Source: an uncultured bacterium
Lineage (GTDB): Bacteria; Patescibacteriota; Saccharimonadia; UBA4664; SCTI01
Assembly (NCBI GenBank): GCA_963721685.1
Contig: CAVRJJ010000005.1
Coordinates: 311,367-375,366 of the forward strand
Direction: 5' to 3'
DNA length: 64,000 nt
The position numbers were made by a program, and so were the translations under genes. Positions 28,520-38,379 of the stretch are shown piece after piece. Position 1 is the first letter of the stretch. The number at the start of each line of letters is the position of its first letter. Under the pieces are notes generated by a model that saw nothing but the letters and a program-made list of their open reading frames with translations, had not been told where the DNA came from and made no database searches.

Positions 28520-29203
28520 ATGGAAGGCGGAGGAAATAAGACAGGAACAGTGGCGGTGGTGGCAATTATTACAGCAGTAATTGGTCTGGGGGCGGGGTAC
28601 GGGGCTGCCAAATCTATGGATGACAATACCGCTGAAACCACTGCAACGGCTAGCACCAAAGGCACAGCCACCAAAGCGGCCGACCTACGGGTTGTGCTGA
28701 ACGCGCTTGAGCGTGAACACGTAAACTTAGCAGCCCAGGCTACCCGCAACGGCTTTGACGGCAGCGCTGACTTTAAGGCCTCCGGTGAAGCTCTTGATGC
28801 TAACTCGGTTGCTATTTCTAAGGCGGTCGGTAGCGTTTACGGCGCGGAAGCTGAAGCCAAGTTCTTAGAAATATGGCGCAGTCACATAACTTTCTTTGTT
28901 AACTATACTGTGGCAGCTAAGGCGGGCGATATGGCTGGGATGGACAAGGCTGTAACTGATTTAGGCGGATACGTTGACGCGATCTCAGATTTTTTCAGCG
29001 GCGCTAACCCTAACCTGCCGCGCGAAGCGGTTCATCAATTGGTGAGCGATCACGTTGGTTTGCTTAAGGGCGCGGTTGATGCCCACGGGGCTAAAGACTA
29101 CGCCGCTTCATATGCCAAAGAGCGTGAAGCAAATGAGCAAATCGGTAAAATTGCTGACGCTATCTCAGGCGCAATTGTTAAGCAGTATCCAGAAAAGTTC
29201 TAA
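28520..29203 (+). CDS. exported helical His-containing protein (family often labelled copper amine oxidase-like)
   Basis: N-terminal TM; AADLR..LN.L..EH, SVYG.EA...F..IW.SHI.FFV.Y and ANPNL motifs. Confidence 0.65.
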   Translation: MEGGGNKTGTVAVVAIITAVIGLGAGYGAAKSMDDNTAETTATASTKGTATKAADLRVVLNALEREHVNLAAQATRNGFDGSADFKASGEALDANSVAISKAVGSVYGAEAEAKFLEIWRSHITFFVNYTVAAKAGDMAGMDKAVTDLGGYVDAISDFFSGANPNLPREAVHQLVSDHVGLLKGAVDAHGAKDYAASYAKEREANEQIGKIADAISGAIVKQYPEKF

Positions 29204-29221
29204 GTAACAAGCAGGCTTAAG

Positions 29222-29243
29222 AAGAGGCCCACAAGGGCCTCTT
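29222..29243 (+). terminator. hairpin after the 28520 gene
   Basis: AAGAGGCCC-ACAA-GGGCCTCTT. Confidence 0.55.
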
Positions 29244-29265
29244 CCCATATAAGAGGAAACCTACA

Positions 29266-29661
29266 ATGAGTAAAAACTATACTGTTTTGTCTGGCATTAT
29301 TCTCCTGATTTTAGGAGGGGTAGCCGTGGCGGCCGCGACATCAGGAAACACCGTATCGCACACCCCGAAATCCGCCGTACAGACGGAGGTGCCCAAGCAA
29401 GCCAACGCGGTAAACATCCAGAACTACAAGTTCGCTCCCAGCCCCTTGAAAGTTAAAAAGGGGACAACGGTGACATGGACGAATAAAGATATAGCAAAAC
29501 ATAATGTTGAAGTGGATAACGGCCAGCCAGCCGGAGGACCAAATGGCCCATTAATTGGAAAAGGACAGTCCTATAGCTTTACCTTTAATGCTGTGGGTAC
29601 CTACAGCTACCACTGCAGCCCTCATCCCTACATGAAGGGTGTGGTTGAGGTGACCGAATAG
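29266..29661 (+). CDS. cupredoxin (plastocyanin/amicyanin-like type 1 copper protein)
   Basis: GTTVTWTN.D...HNV and YHCSPHPYMKG give the H,C,H,M ligand set. Confidence 0.92.
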   Translation: MSKNYTVLSGIILLILGGVAVAAATSGNTVSHTPKSAVQTEVPKQANAVNIQNYKFAPSPLKVKKGTTVTWTNKDIAKHNVEVDNGQPAGGPNGPLIGKGQSYSFTFNAVGTYSYHCSPHPYMKGVVEVTE

Positions 29662-30083
29662 TGGGGTGGCGTACGGGCATCCTGTTAATAGGCATTTTCC
29701 TCTTAACGGTTGGGGCGGGGTTCGGCGCGACGACTCTGCGGCGGGACAAGGCAACTCCAATCACCGATAAAAATCATGTGGTGGAGTTAAAGTCTGACCG
29801 CGCAGAGCCGTCGGCTATCGCGGTGACGAAAGGCGCTTACGTACAATTTAACTCCAAAGATGGCAAATCCCACAATATCGGAGAAGGGAGCGGTGATGAC
29901 GGTATTCACCAGGCCGAGCACCAACCGGAGCACGCGCATGACTATCAGGCTAAGGTTTCAGGAGCGTTTGGGCCGGACGAGGGTTACCGGGTTCTTTTTA
30001 ATAAAACCGGTACCTATGAGTTCCACGATCATCTTAACCCAAAAATTTCAGTAACCGTAGTTGTCTACGAAGCTAAAAAATAG
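29661..30083 (+). CDS. cupredoxin-fold protein lacking the type 1 Cys
   Basis: F.S.D..SHN, a His-rich insert and GTYEFHDHLNP. Confidence 0.7.
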   Translation: MGWRTGILLIGIFLLTVGAGFGATTLRRDKATPITDKNHVVELKSDRAEPSAIAVTKGAYVQFNSKDGKSHNIGEGSGDDGIHQAEHQPEHAHDYQAKVSGAFGPDEGYRVLFNKTGTYEFHDHLNPKISVTVVVYEAKK

Positions 30084-30084
30084 C

Positions 30085-30753
30085 CTAGTTTTTAATCTCG
30101 ACTCCGCCAAACAGGCAGGTTCCCCGTACATGCAGGACAGGCGCATTTTTAGCGGTTGGTTTAGTTGTCTTATCTTCCCAGCCACCGAACAGGGGCATTC
30201 CGCTGGTTTTAACTATCCAGGTGTCGGGGACTTTTAGTTCTAGTCCTCCAAATCCCGTAAAGCTATTGATATAAGCTTCCTTTTTAACTTTGGCGTGTCG
30301 CAAATCAAGTGTCATGCCGCCAAAAAGGACGGTAGCTTTTCCGCCGGTAAAATTGGATGATTTATTACTAATGTCCAGCCCCGAAAAGGCCACAAACAGA
30401 TCAATGCCGTCATCCCCTGATTGCTTTGGCTTGGGGCTGAGGCGGTCGGTTATGAAGCTAAAACCAACCACAATCAGAAGGATGGGCCATATTAAACTCC
30501 ACACGTTAAAGGAAACGGCATCCAGCTGCCTAAGCAGTAGCAGCATTCCCGCGCCAATCATGACAAAGGGCCACAGAATTTCTTTAGGGTTGGAAAGCAG
30601 GGTAAGAAGGCCCATCGCTACGATCAGTAATGGCCACCAATCGGCTAATATTACCGAGAAGTTCCAGAGATTAAGCGCGTCAAGCAGGAAACCAACACCG
30701 AGCGCAATTATGAGGAGACCGACTAAGGATTGTCCTGAGAGTGGTTGTTTCAT
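30085..30753 (-). CDS. LiaF-like cell-envelope stress membrane protein
   Basis: WWPLLI and IWPILLI TM motifs; FGG..LDLR and FGG.E.KVP..W motifs. Confidence 0.85.
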   Translation of the reverse strand: MKQPLSGQSLVGLLIIALGVGFLLDALNLWNFSVILADWWPLLIVAMGLLTLLSNPKEILWPFVMIGAGMLLLLRQLDAVSFNVWSLIWPILLIVVGFSFITDRLSPKPKQSGDDGIDLFVAFSGLDISNKSSNFTGGKATVLFGGMTLDLRHAKVKKEAYINSFTGFGGLELKVPDTWIVKTSGMPLFGGWEDKTTKPTAKNAPVLHVRGTCLFGGVEIKN

Positions 30754-30777
30754 ATTCTTGTTATACGCTTTTTTTGG

Positions 30778-31890
30778 CTATTCCACCACAATATAATCAT
30801 ATGCGTAGGGGGTACCCGCCAAAGGGGGTAGATTGCAGGAGATAGTAAAGTTCTGCGGTGTTCGAATGGCTGAAATTTCAATTTTGGCACTGTTGAAGCC
30901 AACCGGCGACAGGATAACCTTTGGAACGCTGCTAAAAGCCCGGCTAAAGGTGATAGTTGCCCATTGTCCATTTCCAGAGGGCCCGCAATTGGGTCCGCTG
31001 CCGGTAATAATTGAAATGGTTCCGGCAGTATCGTTGCCGCTGACAGTAGCGTTTCCGCCGCTTCCAATCCGGGTTGTAGCCGAAATGGAGGGGGCTGACC
31101 CGCCGCTGACAATATGACCGTTTATCGTTAACGATTGGCTTACCGTTATGGTTTGCACCGATATGGTGCCGACGGCGAAAGTGCCGCTTACGGATAAGCT
31201 TCCCCCAATCGTCGCGCTTCCCCTGACATTAATGTTCCCGGCGAAACTGCCGCTGCCGGTAACGTTTAACGGCCCGCCCACGTTGAGTTGGTTTCTGACA
31301 TCAACGGTACCCTGCAGGCTGGTGGTACCGTTAACGCTCAGGTTGGATCCGATGTTAAGGCTGTCGGCGGAAGCAGCACCGGTAATCCTGATTCCGGACG
31401 CGGCACTAATAAGTCCGTTGGCGGTTAAGCCATTTTCAAAAACCACCGGGTTTTTAAATACCGTGTCAGCTGAAATAGTTAGTGTTTGCTTGGGCTGCCC
31501 TAATCCAATTGCTGAAGCAAGGCTATTTATGGTTTCGTTGCTAAGGTTTTGAAAACTTATGCCAGCTTTTTCCAAAGCTTTTCCGGTTGGATCTTTCGGC
31601 TTTAAGAATAAATACACGATACCAGCGATTAACAAAATAAGAATGATGCTTCCGGGTATTAGGACCTTTGGACTGATCAGCCGCTTAGTCTTAATATGCT
31701 TGGGGGCTTCGTTTTCAACGGTATGGGGTTGATAGAGGTAAGCCTCCTTGTCATCTTGCAGTACCTTACCCTCAGACCCGGTTGGTTGCTGCGCTTTATC
31801 AGATTCACCGGCAGGCTTAGGAGCAGGGGTCGCCGGGCCCGGCTTCTTGCTGGTAGGGTCGTCTTTTTTGTCTGGGGCAGGAGTATCCAT
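30778..31890 (-). CDS. membrane-anchored fibre-like surface protein
   Basis: Single TM; repeated L.V.G beta-strand tract; C-terminal GNDTAGTI...TF...F...PKV domain. Confidence 0.65.
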   Translation of the reverse strand: MDTPAPDKKDDPTSKKPGPATPAPKPAGESDKAQQPTGSEGKVLQDDKEAYLYQPHTVENEAPKHIKTKRLISPKVLIPGSIILILLIAGIVYLFLKPKDPTGKALEKAGISFQNLSNETINSLASAIGLGQPKQTLTISADTVFKNPVVFENGLTANGLISAASGIRITGAASADSLNIGSNLSVNGTTSLQGTVDVRNQLNVGGPLNVTGSGSFAGNINVRGSATIGGSLSVSGTFAVGTISVQTITVSQSLTINGHIVSGGSAPSISATTRIGSGGNATVSGNDTAGTISIITGSGPNCGPSGNGQWATITFSRAFSSVPKVILSPVGFNSAKIEISAIRTPQNFTISCNLPPLAGTPYAYDYIVVE

Positions 31891-31975
31891 AATATACCTA
31901 TAATAATAACGCTTATGCTTTAGGGCTACAAGGTTGGCAGCACAAAAGCGTAAGAGGTATAATGAAAAGGTGAGT

Positions 31976-32956
31976 ATGAAGTCATCACAACATTTTGTCC
32001 CGCACCACCATAGCGGGCGATTAATTCATCATCGCCACACCTCCTATGCCGGGTTGGTATTCGTAATTATGCTAAGCAGTATCATATTGATGGCTATTTC
32101 CTTTAATGCCCAAGCTTTTGAGCCCTCGGAGCTGCCTCCTCCGGTTGAAGAGGACCTTGATGTGCACGCGACGGTGCCCGGACCTGCTCCTAAAACCGCG
32201 CCAACTATCCAGACTCCGGCGAACGGCCAGGCTTTTACAAGCGTGCCCGTGTCGGTCCTTGGCAGTTGCCAAAAAGAAACGCTGGTTAAGATTTTTAAGA
32301 ATGACATTTTCGCCGGAGCGGCTTTCTGTGAAGGCAACGGGTCGTATAAAATGTCGATTGATTTGCTTGTTGGCTCCAACGCTTTGACCGCCCAAGCCTT
32401 TAACGCTCTCGATAAAGGAGGTCCGAGTTCTAATCCGGTTACGGTTAACTATAATTTGCCGGGACTGACGGCCGCCCAAGCCCCCGGCGCGTTTGAACCA
32501 GTAAAAACACCGGCTAACCAGCTACTTATTAATACGGTAAATTACCATAAGGGTTTGCGGGTAGGGGATGTGCTGGGGTGGCCGATTGAGCTGGTTGGGG
32601 GTAAGCCACCTTACGCCGTTAGTATTGGCTGGGGCGATGGCAAAACCGACCTTATTAGCCGGGGTCTGCCCGGCCGGTTCGATATAAAACATGTTTACGA
32701 CAAGGCGGGCCCAGGTTACCAAGGCAGCCAAACTATTGTTGTCAAAGCAACTGACTCTGAGGGCAGCACAGCCTATATTCAGCTTGTTACTATAGTGAAT
32801 AACGGCAATAAACAGGTTGCGGCTGCCAGCAGCCTGTTTTCGGGAAAGCTAGGCTTAGCGTGGCCGTTGGTATTGCTTGCCGTGTTGGTAGTGGTAAGTT
32901 TTTTCCTAGGGGAACGCCGTGAAAAACACATACTCCAGCAAAAGGGGCTCATATGA
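31976..32956 (+). CDS. membrane protein with Ig-like/PKD-like domains
   Basis: His-rich N-terminus, TM, GGKPPY.V...WGDG...H.Y motif and C-terminal TM. Confidence 0.7.
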   Translation: MKSSQHFVPHHHSGRLIHHRHTSYAGLVFVIMLSSIILMAISFNAQAFEPSELPPPVEEDLDVHATVPGPAPKTAPTIQTPANGQAFTSVPVSVLGSCQKETLVKIFKNDIFAGAAFCEGNGSYKMSIDLLVGSNALTAQAFNALDKGGPSSNPVTVNYNLPGLTAAQAPGAFEPVKTPANQLLINTVNYHKGLRVGDVLGWPIELVGGKPPYAVSIGWGDGKTDLISRGLPGRFDIKHVYDKAGPGYQGSQTIVVKATDSEGSTAYIQLVTIVNNGNKQVAAASSLFSGKLGLAWPLVLLAVLVVVSFFLGERREKHILQQKGLI

Positions 32957-33609
32957 CAACTATTTATAGCCCCTCCGTTGGCTCTTCTTTTGACGCTCCG
33001 CCAGCTGCGCGGGAACCTAAAAAGGGTAAAACCATTGCAAAGCGTGTAGTTTTCGGAGTAGCCGCGTTTGTCGCGGTACTCGGTGTGTTGGTTATGGCGT
33101 ACTTCATATTTTTGGGAAGCTCCAGCGTGCAGGGAAAAGTTAAGCCGGTTGAAGTTAGGGAGAACACTGCTATAAAAAGCCAACCAAAAAACCTCGCCTT
33201 ACGCGGACAGCACTTTAGTATGAGCTACGCCTCTACCTACGCCTCCCAAGATACCTCCGTTCGCACCACAAGCGCCCTAGAATCATATAGCTATGTTGCC
33301 TCAACGGTCTACGACAAGCGGATGGCAGTTGCTATTCAAAAGCTGCCTTCCGGAGGACTTTTGGAAGAGTCGTCTTATAAGATGCGGACCATTTACCCCG
33401 ATAAGTACGCCGAGCGTAAAATTAAAATCGGTGATGGTTCTGAGGCAAAAGTAATGACAAAAAAAACTGACGGCAGCAATTTTGAGGCGGTAATATTTGT
33501 AGAAAATAAAAATTTGCTTGCCACAATTGCTTTGGTTGTAACGGGTGGTAACGACGATCTCAATAAAGAAATAGACGCTATCGCTAAAAGCTTTAAGTGG
33601 GCGCCATAG
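32953..33609 (+). CDS. single-TM exported protein (PsbP/DcrB-like fold possible)
   Basis: TM; ends in ID.IAKSFKW. Confidence 0.55.
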   Translation: MTTIYSPSVGSSFDAPPAAREPKKGKTIAKRVVFGVAAFVAVLGVLVMAYFIFLGSSSVQGKVKPVEVRENTAIKSQPKNLALRGQHFSMSYASTYASQDTSVRTTSALESYSYVASTVYDKRMAVAIQKLPSGGLLEESSYKMRTIYPDKYAERKIKIGDGSEAKVMTKKTDGSNFEAVIFVENKNLLATIALVVTGGNDDLNKEIDAIAKSFKWAP

Positions 33610-34670
33610 TGGGAGATATTGCCCAGCATTTTGTTCTTGGCGCGTGGATGATAATGGCGGCTCTACCTTCAAGCAGCAGCTATAAGCTCAACAATTATGG
33701 TTTTGGTTCCGGCGGCAGCGCCAACTCTTCTTCGGCCAGCTACCGGTTGAACGGCATCAGCGGAGAAGTAGGTGGGCCCCAAACGAGCAGCACGAGCTTT
33801 CAGCTTAATTCTGGAAATAACCAGACCCAGCAGGCACATGTACCGCTGGCTCCCGCCTTTGATAATCCCGCTAACTATTACAGTAAGTTGCATTTCACTA
33901 TTAACCCTTCAAGCAATCCGGCAGATACGAAGTTCGCGCTGGCCATTAGCTCGGATAACTTTGCCACCACCCAATACATCCAAAACGATGGCACAGTAGG
34001 GTTAAGCCTAGGTCTTGAGGATTACCAGACTTACGCCGATTGGGGAGGGCTCAGCGGTTCATTAGTTATAGGTCTAGCATCAAGCACTACTTACTATATA
34101 AAAGCCAAAGCCATTAGCGGAAGCTTTACGGAAACCGCCTTTGGGCCTGTCGCCAGTGCTACCACCTCGCCTCCCAACTTATTTTTCGACATTGATGTTG
34201 ACGCGACCGACACGGAAACCGCCTCACCTTATATTATGAACTTCGGCAATTTGCTCTCCGGTACTGTGATTGATGGGCCGCAAAAAGCTTGGTTTGATCT
34301 TGATACCAATGCTGATTATGGCGCGCGCATTTATATTTCGGCAAACACCGCGGGACTAACCAGCCAATCCGCTGGTAACACCATTTTATCCGCGACCGCT
34401 GATTTGAGCGCTACCAATGAAGGTTTTGGCGCCCAGAGCTCATCTGCCGGGCAAATTTCCGGAGGTCCCCTTACCGCCAATAGCCCTTATGATGGAACGG
34501 CAGAAAGCGTAGGAATAATTAACACGACGCTGCGCCAACTGTACGCTTCCCCCGGGCCTATTTCTTCAGGACGTTCGTCTGTGTTGTTCAAAGCAAAAGC
34601 TGGTGTTCAAACTCCCGCCGCCGACGATTATCAAAGTATTATTACCGCGATAGCAGCTGCCAGCTTTTAA
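33597..34670 (+). CDS. secreted Ser/Thr-rich protein with WxL-like C-terminal domain
   Basis: TNA..G, EGFG and ADDYQSIITAIAAASF motifs shared with the downstream paralogs; start may be GTG 33609. Confidence 0.6.
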   Translation: MGAIVGDIAQHFVLGAWMIMAALPSSSSYKLNNYGFGSGGSANSSSASYRLNGISGEVGGPQTSSTSFQLNSGNNQTQQAHVPLAPAFDNPANYYSKLHFTINPSSNPADTKFALAISSDNFATTQYIQNDGTVGLSLGLEDYQTYADWGGLSGSLVIGLASSTTYYIKAKAISGSFTETAFGPVASATTSPPNLFFDIDVDATDTETASPYIMNFGNLLSGTVIDGPQKAWFDLDTNADYGARIYISANTAGLTSQSAGNTILSATADLSATNEGFGAQSSSAGQISGGPLTANSPYDGTAESVGIINTTLRQLYASPGPISSGRSSVLFKAKAGVQTPAADDYQSIITAIAAASF

Positions 34671-34799
34671 TTATATGTAACGCGCTTCTATCTTATTAAA
34701 ATAAGCATAATCGGATTGACAGCATAAGCGTTATCATGGACAATGTTTGGTAAGTGCCGTGTGTGGCACGCAGGTCGGATATAATATAGGGTAAATTGA

Positions 34800-35831
34800 T
34801 TGAATAAGCTTTTGAAGCGCAGAATTTCTGTTGTAGCGGCTATCGCTATTCTCCTAGGTGTAATGGCGCCAATTACGTGGCCTGTCGCCAACGCCGCCTC
34901 ACTGTCTGATACTTATTTACGAATGAACCGCATGAAGGCCAGCCAGGCAACTGATTTTCGATTGGTGTTCAAGCCCTCTACCGTTGTCGCCGCCAATGGT
35001 AAAGTTAAGGTCACATTTCCTGCCGGTTTTACCGTAAACGCCACCCAGACTGCTAGCTCCGCCACCTGCGCGGCCGAGTCGGGAGCCACCGCCATGCCAG
35101 GTGTCTCGGCACCAAGCGGGAGTGGCCAGACTATTTCAATTACAAGTACTACCGGCCTAACGGGGGGTACGCTTTATTGTGTTGACCTCACTAGTGTGAC
35201 ATCCGTCACCAATCACGCTACGCCGGGGGGGTATGTGCCAACGGTTTTCACTACTACTTCTGGTGATGTGGCAATCGATACCAAAACCGTGGGCTTACGG
35301 GTAATCGCGGATGACCAGATTGTAATTACCGCGGTGGTCCCGCCAACTTTCGACTTTGCTTTAAGCGGTAATACCGACGCCTTTACCGCCTCGCTTGATC
35401 CAACAGCCGTTAGGACTACCACCGGCCGAACCGTAACCATCTCAACGAACGCCGCTAAGGGCTGGATTGCTTGGGTTAAAGACAGCAACCAAGGCCTCAC
35501 TTCAGTAAGCGCGTCAAACACCATAGCTACTACTGGCACCGTGGACGGCACTCCATCGACATTAGCGGCAGGAACGGAAGGGTATGTACTGGACGTAGAT
35601 TTAACGACTGATAGCGGCAATGGGACGCCGTCAATTGCCGCGGAATATAATGGAGTAGCCGCTAACTCCGGAGGTGCACTTAGCGGAACCTTTCAACCAT
35701 TTGCCTCTTCAACAGGAACAGCATTGGGAGATGTATTTACCCTTATTGAATACGCGGCAATTAATGGTGAGACGGAAGCTGGTGATGACTACACCGATAC
35801 TCTAACCATTGTGGGTGCCGGATACTTTTAG
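34800..35831 (+). CDS. secreted WxL-like structural subunit, paralog A
   Basis: Signal peptide; STNAAKGW; GDDYTDTLTIVGAGYF C-terminus. Confidence 0.65.
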   Translation: MNKLLKRRISVVAAIAILLGVMAPITWPVANAASLSDTYLRMNRMKASQATDFRLVFKPSTVVAANGKVKVTFPAGFTVNATQTASSATCAAESGATAMPGVSAPSGSGQTISITSTTGLTGGTLYCVDLTSVTSVTNHATPGGYVPTVFTTTSGDVAIDTKTVGLRVIADDQIVITAVVPPTFDFALSGNTDAFTASLDPTAVRTTTGRTVTISTNAAKGWIAWVKDSNQGLTSVSASNTIATTGTVDGTPSTLAAGTEGYVLDVDLTTDSGNGTPSIAAEYNGVAANSGGALSGTFQPFASSTGTALGDVFTLIEYAAINGETEAGDDYTDTLTIVGAGYF

Positions 35832-35860
35832 CGCTTAAATCTCTTCGGACCACCTAACTC

Positions 35861-35889
35861 AAGAACTATGCTGTAGGAGCATAGTTCTT
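35861..35889 (+). terminator. inverted repeat after paralog A
   Basis: AAGAACTATGCT-GTAGG-AGCATAGTTCTT. Confidence 0.55.
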
Positions 35890-36066
35890 ATGCTATAATA
35901 AAGCTACATCCAAGAGGTGGATGTTTTGACTGATAGCCCAGCAGGGAAATTGGTGATTTTGTGTTGGAAAAGTCTTGACATCACGCTTATGCTTCGTTTA
36001 TAGTGAACCGTAACAGCTTACAAAACAAAACCAAAAGCTGAAACATAAACAAAAAGAAAACACACT

Positions 36067-37239
36067 ATGCGAAGAAAATTCACGTTAAATCGATTCTCTC
36101 TAGTAGTATTAAGCATTACTGCGCTGCTCGTACAGCTTGTACCAGCCCATTTGATACCTAATGTGTACGCGCTGACAACAACCGACACCTACTTGCGCCT
36201 CGACCGCATGAAGTCTAGCACCGGTACCGCCCAGCCAACCACCTTCCGGCTTGTCTTTAAAACCCCAGCCACTGATACTGGGTCAGACGCAAAACTGCAG
36301 GTGCAGTTCTATCACCCAAACAACGTGGATCCAACCCAGGCCAATAATAACTTTACAATCAATAACACCCAGGCAGTCGCAACCACGAACTGCGCGACAG
36401 AAGCCAGCAACGAGCTTTCGGCCAGCGTGCTGGGAGTTCCCGGCACTCTAAGTGCGACTGGCGACAACACCAACGCCGGCGCTACCCGCAAAACCATTAC
36501 AATTACCGGTGTTACCAACATGACAACCTCGCAGTACTACTGTGTTGACTTTACTACCGCTAACGCTGTGACAAACCCGGTAAACCCTAACCTTTACATG
36601 GTGCAAATTAGAACCCTGACAGCTGCTGACGCTGTTCTTGACACGAAACTTGTCGGTGTCCGCATCGTGGACGCGACCGATGCCAACTACAAGTATGACC
36701 AGATTACCGTTACCGGAGTTGTTCCGCCATCATTCAGCTTCAACTTAAGCGGTAATACCGACGCCTTCATAGCCCTCCTGGACCCTGCCGCGGTTACCTA
36801 TACTAGTGGACGGACGGTTACCATCTCAACCAACGCCGCCAAAGGTTGGATAGTCTGGGTCAAAGACTCAGACCAAGGTCTCAAATCAGTATCTACGCCA
36901 AGCTCAGTAATTGCTTCAACATCAACGGGAGGTGGCGCGCTTAGTGACGATCTCGTCGACACAGCCGCACCAGGAACCGAAAACTTCCTTCTCGACGCGG
37001 ATATTACTACTGATGCAGCTGGCGGCGGGGCGGTTTCCATTGACCCTGATTACGACGGAGTAGCCGCGGGCGAAGGTGGCGCCCTGAGCAACACGGTCTT
37101 CCAGCAAATTGCCAAAGCTACCGGAACCGCCGACGGAGATGTAATTACCCTGAAAAGTTTAGCCACCATTACCGGATCAACTCCTGCCGGTGACGACTAT
37201 ACCGACATCCTCACCGTTATCGGCGCCGGCAACTTCTAA
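36067..37239 (+). CDS. secreted WxL-like structural subunit, paralog B
   Basis: Signal peptide; DTYLR..RMK and STNAAKGW motifs; GDDYTDILTVIGAGNF; own TTGACA/TATAGT promoter. Confidence 0.65.
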   Translation: MRRKFTLNRFSLVVLSITALLVQLVPAHLIPNVYALTTTDTYLRLDRMKSSTGTAQPTTFRLVFKTPATDTGSDAKLQVQFYHPNNVDPTQANNNFTINNTQAVATTNCATEASNELSASVLGVPGTLSATGDNTNAGATRKTITITGVTNMTTSQYYCVDFTTANAVTNPVNPNLYMVQIRTLTAADAVLDTKLVGVRIVDATDANYKYDQITVTGVVPPSFSFNLSGNTDAFIALLDPAAVTYTSGRTVTISTNAAKGWIVWVKDSDQGLKSVSTPSSVIASTSTGGGALSDDLVDTAAPGTENFLLDADITTDAAGGGAVSIDPDYDGVAAGEGGALSNTVFQQIAKATGTADGDVITLKSLATITGSTPAGDDYTDILTVIGAGNF

Positions 37240-37302
37240 ACCGACCCAGCTATAAGCTCAATCCATTCTCAAACCCCTCATGCTTTGATATACTGACAGG
37301 TA

Positions 37303-38376
37303 ATGCAACGCAAAGTCCTGATGGAGCGAATACAGTGCATCGCCTTAGTTGTGATGATAAGTGTGGTAGGTCTTGCCCAGCCTCTGGCCGTTCACGCTGG
37401 GGAAGAAACCGGTCAATCGGGCGACTTGCACCTTATTACCTCGCCCCTCCCTATCCTTTTAACGGTTAAGCCGGGAACCACCGCTACTACCGACCTTCGC
37501 ATAAAAAACGCGAGCAACAGAACCGAGCGGTTGCGGGTGGATATGCTTAAATTTGGTGCTAGTGGAGAGGAGGGGCAACCGGCTCTGCAGGATCCCGAGC
37601 CCGGGGATGAGCAGTTCAAATGGGTAAGCTTCTCCCAGACTACATTCAACGCCGAGCCCAACGAATGGAAAAGTATAAAAATGACGATTAAGGTGCCAAA
37701 GACCGCGGCATTTGGGTATTACTACGCTATAACTTTTTCACGAGCGAATAAGGAGGAAGTGGCAAAGGACCAGCGGACTGCCTTGCGGGGAGCCACGGCG
37801 GTTTTAGTATTGCTGGAAGCCTCATCGCCAAATACCAAGCGCAAGGTTCAAATGATAGACTTTTCTACTAAGAAAGGTCTGTATGAGTACCTCCCCGCCA
37901 GTTTTAAAGCGCGCGTCCGTAATACCGGTAATATTCACACCGTTCCAGTTGGCAGCGTCTTTATCACCAAGGGCGATAAAGCCATAGGCTCGGTTAGCAT
38001 CAATAGTGAGCACGGAAATGTATTACCCAACAGTTATCGGATTTATGAAACCGAATGGAAGGACGGTTTCCCCCATTACGCTGAAAAGGTTGAAAATGGC
38101 CAGACCGTCGTAAATAAAAAAGGGCAACAGGAAAAACATCTTGTTTGGAATTTAAATGATATTGGCAAGATACGGTTTGGGAAATACACTGCCAGCGTTG
38201 TCATGGTTTATGATGATGGAAAACGTGACATTCCGCTGGAGGCGTCTGTTTCATTTTGGGTAATCCCTTGGCGCTTCTTGTTGGCGGTGGCTTTGCTGGT
38301 AACATTGATGTTAGCCGGAGCGTGGGCATTGGTGCGGGCGGCAAGACCTGGACGGCGCAACAAACGCCGGAGGTAG
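37303..38376 (+). CDS. DUF916/WxL-interacting-like two-Ig-domain membrane protein
   Basis: Signal peptide; VP..A..G.YYA.F, NTGNIH..P.G, VLP.S.R and GKY.A motifs; C-terminal TM plus basic tail. Confidence 0.7.
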   Translation: MQRKVLMERIQCIALVVMISVVGLAQPLAVHAGEETGQSGDLHLITSPLPILLTVKPGTTATTDLRIKNASNRTERLRVDMLKFGASGEEGQPALQDPEPGDEQFKWVSFSQTTFNAEPNEWKSIKMTIKVPKTAAFGYYYAITFSRANKEEVAKDQRTALRGATAVLVLLEASSPNTKRKVQMIDFSTKKGLYEYLPASFKARVRNTGNIHTVPVGSVFITKGDKAIGSVSINSEHGNVLPNSYRIYETEWKDGFPHYAEKVENGQTVVNKKGQQEKHLVWNLNDIGKIRFGKYTASVVMVYDDGKRDIPLEASVSFWVIPWRFLLAVALLVTLMLAGAWALVRAARPGRRNKRRR

Positions 38377-38379
38377 AAA

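Noticed and set aside
34800-37239. Diversity-generating retroelement TR/VR pair
   Set aside because: Both copies are coding paralogs, the differences are not adenine-specific, and no reverse transcriptase is present.
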